A DNA stretch of 64,000 nucleotides. Origin: a virus. A program made the translations under genes and the position numbers. The notes below the pieces were generated by a model. That model was not told the origin of the DNA, made no database searches, and saw nothing but the letters and a program-made list of their open reading frames with translations. Below, piece after piece: positions 9,516 to 17,593 of the stretch; position 1 is the first letter of the stretch; each line of letters starts with the position of its first letter. The stretch spans positions 9,028-73,027 of IMG/VR virus record IMGVR_UViG_3300021961_000068. The stretch is one strand, 5' to 3'.

Positions 9516-11443
9516 TATCTAATTGGGCAAGCACCTGTTGCACAATCGTCAAGCGACAATTCTGAACCTGTTGCCTGACTTAAAGGCAAAGATGTATCAA
9601 TCTTTTTCACAAGTGCATCATAATCGGCTTGAGTGATCTGCTCATACGGAGGAAGTGGGAAGTTGTGGTCTGCGTGCAGAAGAAATGATACCGATTTGAC
9701 ACCGGTGTCATAATTTTTTGACAACCATTCTTTGATTGATTCAAGTTCTTCTTTGCGGTAATAAACGGTTACAGAAACAGCGTTGTCAGCCCATTCTGTC
9801 TGCATTTTTTTGACCCATTCAAGTTGTTCTACTGCCGTCATGTTCTCGGCGAGAACTGCGTTGTCTGGTGACTTGCATGGGAACTCAACGACATAACGAC
9901 TGTGATCCTCGCGACCATCAATACCGATGTCCCAAACAACCTTATGTCCCCTTGCACGCAAGCCTGCCACAAGGGCGTCAGACGCACCAAAACGCACCCT
10001 ACGGATGTAAAACGGCGCAAATGCGGGATGAATGCCCGGAGTGATACCGGGGAGCAAGGAGAGCGTTCCTGACGGTTGGACAGTGGTAAGTCTGACAGAA
10101 CGAGGGAAGCCTTTTTCCTTTGAGTAATAAATGTCAAACTCGTCTAGGTGTCTGTAAGCCTCGTCCAGCCAAGAAACTTGCTCTGCTGAAGCCTGCAAAA
10201 CACCAGAAATGCTTTGTCCTAGTCGTGCATTTTTTGCAACGATTGCGTTTGTTTTTGCATAGGGGTAGGTAAGACGGGTGATCTGTTTTTGAACCATGTA
10301 GAGAAGTTCTGATATTTCTTTGAATTGTTTGATGTCGCAGATATTGGGTAGGAATATGGTTGAAAGATTGCATGACTCTCCGTCACCTAAACCGATCTCG
10401 GCGCATGGGTTGAAACCTTCAATGGTTTTATCTGCTCGTTCTTCTTTGAGGCGACCGTATTTGCGGGCAAGACGGCGATTTACGAGACCGTAAGGTTCTC
10501 CACCGCCCGTATAGCCCTTCCATAGTTCAGGCATGATGTGGTCGTAGTAGTCGGCATAGATGCTGTTGTTTGAATTTGCTCGGTAACCAGGGATATCTCC
10601 CGAAGCCCAATTTTTTGCTCGCAGGAAAAGCACATCGTCGGGGTCGCCAATAGCGATTTGAGCGGAGCGACGAGATGAACCCGAGACAACCACGCGACCG
10701 ATGATGTTGCAAATGTCTAGAACATCAATTGAGCGAAGTTTCTTTCCCTCTCGTGCTTCCATGACTTGGCATATGTCTGTAATTCCGTCAACTAGTGCGC
10801 CAGGTCCGCTTGCTGTACCGCCAAATGTTTTGAGGGGTGCACCGAATTCTCGGATAAGAATCGTTGAGTATGAGAATGATTTACCTGTATCAAAATATGA
10901 TTTCAATACGCTGTGTAGTAGTCGTCGCCAACCTTGACGGGAATCGGGGACAATAATGTCTGCGTCGTTTGAACGCTCGTGAGTGATTTTTACATTAGGG
11001 AGAACCTTTGGAAGATCGTGAATTTTTGCTCGTTCCACAGAGAACCCAACACCACCGCCAAGCATTAGGTGGTCAAAAAGAAACTCAAAATCTTCTACTT
11101 TTTCTATGTTTACGAAATAGCAGTTATTAAGCGATGCGGCGTTAAATTGTTTGATGAGTGGTGTCCCCAGTTGCCAAAGAGCACGACCTGAGAACGAACC
11201 ACGCAAGTTGAAAACATGATCAAAAAGTTTCTCTGCTTGAGTCTTAGTAAGAGGAGTTCCAATATCTATGGCTCCGTTTACACAGCGTTGTACAGTTTCA
11301 AGCCAAGTTTCATTGCGATTCATGTCCTCAATGCGTCGAGAATATGTGCGGAGGTAGACAACTTCTCCTAGCCCATTAAATCCCCAAGGAGGTGTCTGTG
11401 TTTTGTATTGGTCTACGAATTCTTGGGATAGGTGGGCAGTCAT
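9515..11443 (-). CDS. nrdJ: class II (adenosylcobalamin-dependent) ribonucleotide reductase
   Basis: VYLRTYSR, LNNCY, LMLGGGVGFS, GFNPCAEI, TTVQPSGTLSLL, C-terminal CATGACPIR; no NrdB partner nearby. Confidence 0.9.
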   Translation of the reverse strand: MTAHLSQEFVDQYKTQTPPWGFNGLGEVVYLRTYSRRIEDMNRNETWLETVQRCVNGAIDIGTPLTKTQAEKLFDHVFNLRGSFSGRALWQLGTPLIKQFNAASLNNCYFVNIEKVEDFEFLFDHLMLGGGVGFSVERAKIHDLPKVLPNVKITHERSNDADIIVPDSRQGWRRLLHSVLKSYFDTGKSFSYSTILIREFGAPLKTFGGTASGPGALVDGITDICQVMEAREGKKLRSIDVLDICNIIGRVVVSGSSRRSAQIAIGDPDDVLFLRAKNWASGDIPGYRANSNNSIYADYYDHIMPELWKGYTGGGEPYGLVNRRLARKYGRLKEERADKTIEGFNPCAEIGLGDGESCNLSTIFLPNICDIKQFKEISELLYMVQKQITRLTYPYAKTNAIVAKNARLGQSISGVLQASAEQVSWLDEAYRHLDEFDIYYSKEKGFPRSVRLTTVQPSGTLSLLPGITPGIHPAFAPFYIRRVRFGASDALVAGLRARGHKVVWDIGIDGREDHSRYVVEFPCKSPDNAVLAENMTAVEQLEWVKKMQTEWADNAVSVTVYYRKEELESIKEWLSKNYDTGVKSVSFLLHADHNFPLPPYEQITQADYDALVKKIDTSLPLSQATGSELSLDDCATGACPIR

Positions 11444-11517
11444 TACGTCCTCTTTCGGCGCATATGGGGATATGGGTGAACAACCATATTACAACACGAG
11501 AGATTTTAAGTAAAATG

Positions 11518-11817
11518 CTAATTACGGGTAAGGTTATATTTTCTTGCCTCAGATAGGGGAATGATCTGTCCGACAGCAAATTTACGAGTTTTTGCAAAAA
11601 CTCCAGTAGAAACTTCTTCGGCAACAAAAAAATCTTCTTCCACACGAAATGTTTGTTTTTCGTCTAATGATTTAAAAAGCCCCAACCCAAGAAGTTTTTC
11701 AGGTGGTTTGTGCCCTTTGGGCACACAATTCCCTGTTGGATCACCACAGACAATGCAAGGCTCTCCTGTGGCACGGAGAATTTCTATATCGCCATAGATG
11801 TATTCAGGCATAAACAA
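11518..11817 (-). CDS. hypothetical protein (CxxCGDPxGNC)
   Basis: 99-aa ORF with Cys cluster. Confidence 0.65.
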   Translation of the reverse strand: MFMPEYIYGDIEILRATGEPCIVCGDPTGNCVPKGHKPPEKLLGLGLFKSLDEKQTFRVEEDFFVAEEVSTGVFAKTRKFAVGQIIPLSEARKYNLTRN

Positions 11818-11842
11818 TGATACCTCTTGCCCTTAAAAGGAA

Positions 11843-11866
11843 AAGGAGCACCTTGCGGTGCTCCTT
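11843..11866 (-). terminator. intrinsic terminator
   Basis: AAGGAGCACC-GCAA-GGTGCTCCTT followed by a T-rich tract on the minus strand. Confidence 0.8.
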
Positions 11867-11911
11867 AGTCGTTCCTTCTATGCGGGGGGCATAGACTTTG
11901 TGCCCTAAAGA

Positions 11912-12157
11912 TTAGTTTTTGGGTGCGAACTTGTTTTCTGACTTCATCGCTTTCATTTCCTCTGCAAACAGTTCATCAAATTCTTCGTTGTACCGTGTCT
12001 GTAAAACAAAAGATGCTCGTCGTTTTGCCTCATTGCGGCGCTTTGCCTCAATTTTGCGAAGTTCTGCTCGCCGTGCACGTTCCTCGGCTGGAAGTGGCTT
12101 ACGTCCACGACTAACTCCGAGTTTCTTTTTAAGTTGCTGATATGTTGTTGTAGCCAT
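11912..12157 (-). CDS. small basic protein (RGRKP, AT-hook-like)
   Basis: 81 aa, GGAG RBS, own terminator. Confidence 0.7.
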   Translation of the reverse strand: MATTTYQQLKKKLGVSRGRKPLPAEERARRAELRKIEAKRRNEAKRRASFVLQTRYNEEFDELFAEEMKAMKSENKFAPKN

Positions 12158-12273
12158 TAAGGGCTCCTTAATCTTTCTGTTTAGTTGTTTATGTACTTCT
12201 TACAAGAAAGATACTAACTAGTTTCTCAAAGAAAAACAACTTTTATTAAAAAAAATATTAAATACATTTCTGT

Positions 12274-12310
12274 TTATCCACAGGGCTCACCATAGGGCTT
12301 ATCCACAGGG
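12274..12310 (+). promoter_or_regulatory. two direct-repeat perfect DnaA boxes (TTATCCACA-GGG)
   Basis: TTATCCACA at 12274-12282 and 12299-12307, next to an AT-rich tract at 12230-12270. Confidence 0.7.
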
Positions 12311-12396
12311 TTTTAGGGGGTTGCTAAACCCCATCTATGGGGGCTACACTTACGGTATAAGTAATATAAACTACAAATACTAAAGAAAGAAAAACA

Positions 12397-12885
12397 ATGG
12401 AAACATCCTTAATAACCCCACCAACGGTCAGAAATCTAGAAGAAGCAAGAGAGCAATGTCTTGAATATGACGCAGTTTTGACCGCAGGACCAAACAAAGA
12501 TGAAGTCAGCGACTTCAATCACCCTATTCATAAAGTCGTTCAGTTTATTGACACTGCGTATGAGAAGAACGGCGGACCGACCTTAGAGAATGTTGTTGAA
12601 CTTATAGAGTTCGGCGCAGGTGTCCCCAAATTGTTGGTGCACTGTCACGCAGGTATTTCCCGTTCAACAGCAACAGCGTGGGGGGTATCAATAGCAAACG
12701 GCAACGATCCTTTGGAAGCATTTCTATACCTGCAAGATAAACACCCTGAAGAAAAAGGATATTTCGGTCACGGTAAAAGACCCTTTGCGCCGAACATCCT
12801 AATTGTTAAGCACCTAGATACATATTTCAATCTTGGTACTACTCTTTTGGAAATTCGCAACAAGTATTCACGGAGAGGTTGGTAA
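12397..12885 (+). CDS. protein tyrosine/dual-specificity phosphatase-like protein
   Basis: LLVHCHAGISRS = HCx5R P-loop; downstream PN motif. Confidence 0.85.
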   Translation: METSLITPPTVRNLEEAREQCLEYDAVLTAGPNKDEVSDFNHPIHKVVQFIDTAYEKNGGPTLENVVELIEFGAGVPKLLVHCHAGISRSTATAWGVSIANGNDPLEAFLYLQDKHPEEKGYFGHGKRPFAPNILIVKHLDTYFNLGTTLLEIRNKYSRRGW

Positions 12886-12889
12886 AGCA

Positions 12890-13861
12890 ATGAAGGTTTT
12901 TTGGAACGAAAACTACACATCCATCAAATATGACTTTGATACATCAAGAAAATCCAACAATATTGTTCGTTTAATTAACAAAATAGCGTCAGAAACACCT
13001 ACGAAAGTTCGTGTGTTGCAGGATGTTCCGACAGTAGAGATAGTTGATCCCGAACAAGTATCCGACATTTCAAAAACAGAAAAATTGATTAACAGATGGT
13101 TGCACCCCACATATGTTGAGGCGTTAAAAACGAACAACAACCCACGACTATCGCAAAGTCAAGGTTTTGAATGGTGTCCCAACACTTACGAGTTTGCTCG
13201 TGCACATACACACGGTTTAATCGCATCAGTTGATCAAGTTTTAGTGAATGGTGGGAGAAGCGGAAGTCTTTCTTCAGGTTTGCATCACGCATCAAAAACT
13301 AGTGGCGCAGGATTTTGCACAATCAACGGCATAGCACTATCAGCAATTCACGCATACGAGCAAGGTCTTGAACCTATAGTTTTAGACTTTGACGCACATT
13401 GCGGTGGAGGCACGATGGACTTTTTAAAAACTTTCAATGGTGTTTTGCAAACCAAAGACACTATTTTAGGTAAATCAACACCCTTAATCCGTCACATTGA
13501 TTTATCAACCAACTACTTTGACGAATACGAGATTAAAGTTCATGAAACTTGGGCGAATCTGCATGTTCTTGACTGGGAAGAAGATTATTTAGACGAAGTA
13601 CAAAAATCTCTTTCTTTAACAGAACCTCACATCACCGACAAAACTGTGTTTATTTATAATGCAGGGATTGACCCTATTGGTTCGCAGGGGATAGATGAGG
13701 AAGTTATCGGGCAACGAGAAAAAATTGTTTCCGAATTCATTGGTAACCGCAAGGCTGTCTTTGCGTTAGCAGGCGGTTATTCAGGTATGTCAACAACACG
13801 AGACGATGTGGCAAACATGCACCTCAAAACGATTTATGGTTGGTCATGGCAGACGAAATAA
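12890..13861 (+). CDS. histone deacetylase (HDAC/AcuC) family protein
   Basis: GLHHA...GFCTING, LDFDAHCGGGT, YNAGIDP, AGGY zinc-deacetylase motifs. Confidence 0.88.
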   Translation: MKVFWNENYTSIKYDFDTSRKSNNIVRLINKIASETPTKVRVLQDVPTVEIVDPEQVSDISKTEKLINRWLHPTYVEALKTNNNPRLSQSQGFEWCPNTYEFARAHTHGLIASVDQVLVNGGRSGSLSSGLHHASKTSGAGFCTINGIALSAIHAYEQGLEPIVLDFDAHCGGGTMDFLKTFNGVLQTKDTILGKSTPLIRHIDLSTNYFDEYEIKVHETWANLHVLDWEEDYLDEVQKSLSLTEPHITDKTVFIYNAGIDPIGSQGIDEEVIGQREKIVSEFIGNRKAVFALAGGYSGMSTTRDDVANMHLKTIYGWSWQTK

Positions 13862-14112
13862 TTCACGGGCTTTACGCCACATATACGAACGAAAAATGCA
13901 GATGCCCCATCTGTAAAAAAGCCGCCGCCGAATATATGCGCGGTTACAGAAAAACAGCCGTAGGTAAAGACAATGCAAAGTTTTATCAAATTGTTGCAAA
14001 TAAACGCTCACAAATGGCTATCAAATGGATCAAAGATAATCACCCAGAACAATGGGATAAGATATGTGCTAGAGCATTAAAAATTGTTGAAAAACAAGAA
14101 AGCAGAGAATAA
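13846..14112 (+). CDS. small zinc-finger-like protein (HG...Y...CRCxxC)
   Basis: HGLYATYTNEKCRCPIC. Confidence 0.65.
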   Translation: MADEIIHGLYATYTNEKCRCPICKKAAAEYMRGYRKTAVGKDNAKFYQIVANKRSQMAIKWIKDNHPEQWDKICARALKIVEKQESRE

Positions 14113-14113
14113 T

Positions 14114-14335
14114 ATGCCTTATGGTGCCGAAAGCATGGAAAGCCGTTTTGATGACTTCGTGGAAGAAACAAACAAAAAGATTGACGAACTTGAAGCAAAA
14201 ATTCGTTCACTTCAAACAGAAATTAATAAAACAAAAACTTTAAAAAACACCAACAATGCGGTTAACATAACTAACCAAGACATAAAAAACTCTCTTGGTG
14301 CAACAATCAGATCAGTTGGGGATATTGTTAAATAA
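14114..14335 (+). CDS. hypothetical coiled-coil protein
   Basis: ATG 14114 directly after the previous stop. Confidence 0.6.
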   Translation: MPYGAESMESRFDDFVEETNKKIDELEAKIRSLQTEINKTKTLKNTNNAVNITNQDIKNSLGATIRSVGDIVK

Positions 14336-14363
14336 GGCTTAATATATCTACTAAGATATCAAA

Positions 14364-14522
14364 ATGCTTGAAAAAACATCTTTAGCCGAAACAGAATTTA
14401 ACACCCTATACAACAACGCTACACGCAGATTACAAGATGAGATAGCGTCGCTCAAACTAAAGATCGGCGAACTTCAAAGTCAAATAAATTGGTTAGAGCG
14501 AGAAAACTCTAAATATTTGTAA
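14364..14522 (+). CDS. small coiled-coil protein (52 aa, not in ORF track)
   Basis: MLEKTSLAETEFNTLYNNATRRLQDEIASLKLKIGELQSQINWLERENSKYL. Confidence 0.55.
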   Translation: MLEKTSLAETEFNTLYNNATRRLQDEIASLKLKIGELQSQINWLERENSKYL

Positions 14523-14526
14523 CCTT

Positions 14527-14877
14527 CTATTGTTTTGCTTTTACAACTCCGTCAGGAATGACAGCGAATCTGCATTTCCCTTCAGGGGCGACAGGGAGAG
14601 AAATTATCTTGCACGAAGAACCGCCTTCGTATAAAACACAATTAGAACACTTGACACCTATCTGCGCCACCTCATTTTTTGATGGATCTTCATAGCCAGC
14701 CCACACTCCTGTGTAATCTTGGTTAAATTTTCCATATTTTTGAGTTATTTCAATAAGCGAATCGGCGAGTGCTCGTTCTTCGGGGTGAAGAGTTGGTGTT
14801 TGTGGTTTAGATATGGCAATCATCCTCATAGGGAGTTGCGACATCAGCATTTCAATAAAAGATTTTTCTGTTGCCAT
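14527..14877 (-). CDS. hypothetical protein with HiPIP-like four-Cys motif
   Basis: KCSNCVLY...SCKII...PEGKC. Confidence 0.6.
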   Translation of the reverse strand: MATEKSFIEMLMSQLPMRMIAISKPQTPTLHPEERALADSLIEITQKYGKFNQDYTGVWAGYEDPSKNEVAQIGVKCSNCVLYEGGSSCKIISLPVAPEGKCRFAVIPDGVVKAKQ

Positions 14878-14878
14878 T

Positions 14879-15286
14879 TTACTTTGTTTCCTTTTTGAAC
14901 TCTGCCCAAGTTTTATCTCCGACGCCATAATATTCTCTAGCGTTCCCTGATTGAATCATGTCAATATTGAGGCACGCTGTTTGAGGGTCATCAATTTTGT
15001 CTGATGAATAAATTCTTGCCAAAACACGACCATACTTGTCGCTCTTATCAGGAATTGTGTTAACAAAAACCCATTTATGATTAGTCATCCAATCCTGAAC
15101 AAACTTCTTGGCTTTCAAACCGAGTTCCTTTTCTTTCAAATCTTTTGTTCGTGATTCAGGGGTGTTGATGCCATACAGGCGGACACGAATTTTGTGGTGA
15201 ACACTAAAACCAAGATCAACCATTAAATCAACGGTGTCGCCGTCAACTACTTTGAGAATTGTTGCTCCATACCAAAATCGTTCCAC
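14879..15286 (-). CDS. staphylococcal nuclease (SNase)-like protein
   Basis: KVVDGDTV, RVRLYGINTPE, DKYGRVLA. Confidence 0.88.
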   Translation of the reverse strand: MERFWYGATILKVVDGDTVDLMVDLGFSVHHKIRVRLYGINTPESRTKDLKEKELGLKAKKFVQDWMTNHKWVFVNTIPDKSDKYGRVLARIYSSDKIDDPQTACLNIDMIQSGNAREYYGVGDKTWAEFKKETK

Positions 15287-15288
15287 GG

Positions 15289-16050
15289 CTAATCCTTTTC
15301 TTTAGAGTTCTTATAGCGCTCCAACAATCGTCTGCCTTTTTCGGCAAGGCGAGCCGCCGATTCTCTGTCTTGTGGAACTGGTTCACCCCACGCCGCGGCG
15401 GAAAGAGCAAGTCGTGTTGGGCGTCCTTTTTCGTCTTTCATGGGACCTGAAGGGTTTGTGAAGAACCGTGTAAGGAATGATCCTTTGCGACGCATTTTCT
15501 CTGGTGTGTCAGCGCGACCCTTGACACCAGGTTTTAGGTTTGATCCTTCGGTGCGATTAAAGTGCGCTCTACCCGCGGCGGTTAAACCACCTTTAGGGTC
15601 TCGTAACGGTTCAGCAGATTTTTCTTTAATGATTGGTCCACCAGCGACCCATGCGCGACATGTTCTTTTTGATGCACATTTGAAATCAAACGCTTCGCAA
15701 TATCCAAGTTCACCAGCGCTATCTATCGCTTCCCATTCATCTTGTCTTTCCCCACCGGTGACACCAGATTCAATACATTTTTTCATTGACGGGGTTTGAA
15801 TAAAAAGAGAACAGTTGCCGCACAGTTGTTTCTTTGCAGATGTTGTATCCACATCCCACTCTTTTGCCAACTTGCCCCAATACTCTGTGTTGGGTTCGGC
15901 GGGATTCAGTGGACCATACATTGCTGTCTTGATTGCTTTGCCTCTGTTGGCAAGATTGACTGCAATGTCCTGTGTTGCTTTCGGGCATTGTTTATCGGCT
16001 TTGATGCGAACAGAAATCTGTTGCTCAGCCAAAATGTCAGAGAATTTCAT
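15289..16050 (-). CDS. two-module head-region protein (Cys-rich domain + DUF6321-like KGGL...NLK...SF domain)
   Basis: CGNC...GYC...CASKRTC, then DPKGGLTAAGRAHFNRTEGSNLKPGV...RRKGSFLTRF; family assignment from memory. Confidence 0.6.
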   Translation of the reverse strand: MKFSDILAEQQISVRIKADKQCPKATQDIAVNLANRGKAIKTAMYGPLNPAEPNTEYWGKLAKEWDVDTTSAKKQLCGNCSLFIQTPSMKKCIESGVTGGERQDEWEAIDSAGELGYCEAFDFKCASKRTCRAWVAGGPIIKEKSAEPLRDPKGGLTAAGRAHFNRTEGSNLKPGVKGRADTPEKMRRKGSFLTRFFTNPSGPMKDEKGRPTRLALSAAAWGEPVPQDRESAARLAEKGRRLLERYKNSKEKD

Positions 16051-16075
16051 TGTCCCTCATTATCTCACAAAACAC

Positions 16076-16115
16076 AAAACCCCCACCCCAACCTTGCGGT
16101 TAGAGCGGGGGTTCT
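16076..16115 (-). terminator. intrinsic terminator after the major capsid gene
   Basis: AACCCCCGCTCTAACC-GCAA-GGTTGGGGTGGGGGTT then a T-rich tract on the minus strand. Confidence 0.75.
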
Positions 16116-16131
16116 GTTAATTACTTAGTGA

Positions 16132-17445
16132 TTACGGTGCTGCTGGTGCGCCGTCAAAACTTACCTTCACGAACGACTCTGGTCGCTTCACAGCGAGAGC
16201 CAATCGTTGCTCGGCAAGGATCACGATTGCGTTGCGGACGAAGAAGTCTGCATGCTGTTCGCTCACTCGGATGCTTGGTGATTCACGGTCGTAGATTTGT
16301 GCTCCCGTACCGAATGCACCGATCAATGCTGTACCTTCAGCAATTGCTGGAGTGTCCACTACTGGAATTCTCCACAAGCGCTGTTCGCCACCCATTGCAA
16401 CAGAGACTGCTACGACGTAAGCGCCGTTGCCATCTTTGCTGAGTTCAATGTCTTCCCAATCGTTCGGGTTAAGAACGATACCCGATGGCTCGTAGTAAGC
16501 CAAGAAGGAAAGGGTTGCGGCACGGCGGACTGCGTCAGCCTTGGTGTCAGTCTGACCTGCTACTGCTGAGTATGTGCCTGCCGACCAATCGTAGGTTTGC
16601 ACGCCCGGTGTATTCAAGATACCTCGGAGGTTTTCGCCTGATCCTGAACCGTTCAAGATTTGTGCATCTTCCTGCAAACGGAGACCGTACATCAACTCGT
16701 TGTCGATGATTGAGCGTAGTTGTGGCTCATCAGCAAGAACATTGCGGTGTGCGGCTTCCCAGTGTGCCATTGTGCGAACAGGAGCCTGCTCACCAACGAA
16801 GGTGAAGGACGACTGTGGCTTCGCACCGAAGGCATCGCCTGAACGCTCAGATACTGCTGCTGCGTTGTTGACGAAACCTGTCATACGGAAGTATTCAATG
16901 ATCGCGGCGTTCGTGGTGCGGCTTGGGAACAAGTCACGGACACGCTTCGTGCGCATTGGTGGGATAACCATTGCATCGCGTTGAATGGTTCCAAACGAGC
17001 CAGGTGTACCTGTCGGAAGTGCCGAGTACAGATCTTTTACGCTGTAATCGCTACCCGAACGGTATGGGCTTGGCATGTTTGCTGAACCGCTTGCGAGCAA
17101 CGACTTGAACTCTGCTGAAGCAAGGAATGCTTCGCCGATTGTCTTTGCACGCATTGGCTGTACTGCGTTTTGCAATTCTGCAGTTGCGTAAGCCGAAGCC
17201 TGTGCTACTGAATCTTGTGGTTCTGAAGCCCATTTGTCGGCATCGCGCATTGACTCAAGGCTCTCAACGAGGGACTTGATTTCGCGGATGTCTGACATGT
17301 TCTTGTCAAACGCTGTTTTTTGTTCTGCTGATACGAGAACAGTGCCATCTTCAATTTTGAAGTTGTCTGCGATCTCTTTGTTTTCTGCCATCTTGGCACG
17401 CATTGCGCCTTGAAGTTCAGTTAAACGACTGTTGTCAAATGACAT
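16132..17445 (-). CDS. HK97-family major capsid protein
   Basis: Coiled-coil delta domain; EDAQILNGSGSGENLRGIL, IVLNPNDW, LWRIPVV, FVRNAIVILAEQRLALAVKRPESFV; GGAG RBS before ATG 17445. Confidence 0.95.
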   Translation of the reverse strand: MSFDNSRLTELQGAMRAKMAENKEIADNFKIEDGTVLVSAEQKTAFDKNMSDIREIKSLVESLESMRDADKWASEPQDSVAQASAYATAELQNAVQPMRAKTIGEAFLASAEFKSLLASGSANMPSPYRSGSDYSVKDLYSALPTGTPGSFGTIQRDAMVIPPMRTKRVRDLFPSRTTNAAIIEYFRMTGFVNNAAAVSERSGDAFGAKPQSSFTFVGEQAPVRTMAHWEAAHRNVLADEPQLRSIIDNELMYGLRLQEDAQILNGSGSGENLRGILNTPGVQTYDWSAGTYSAVAGQTDTKADAVRRAATLSFLAYYEPSGIVLNPNDWEDIELSKDGNGAYVVAVSVAMGGEQRLWRIPVVDTPAIAEGTALIGAFGTGAQIYDRESPSIRVSEQHADFFVRNAIVILAEQRLALAVKRPESFVKVSFDGAPAAP

Positions 17446-17546
17446 GATTTTCACTCCTAGTGAATTGGATTTATGTTGGTGTTTACTTATTTTTTATTAT
17501 TAAGACTTCGGTAAGCACCTAGTCCAGTTACATTTACTGTAATACG

Positions 17547-17580
17547 AGAATAACATCAAAGTAACATCAGAAATGCAACC
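17547..17580 (-). promoter_or_regulatory. putative promoter GGTTGCATTT-N18-TATTCT upstream of the capsid gene
   Basis: Matches motif at 6827 and 48403 with identical spacing. Confidence 0.5.
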
Positions 17581-17593
17581 CCCATGATTGGGT

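Noticed and set aside
9515-11443. Intein or intron in nrdJ (also checked terL and the helicase)
   Set aside because: Lengths are normal and no splice-junction or homing-endonuclease motifs were seen.
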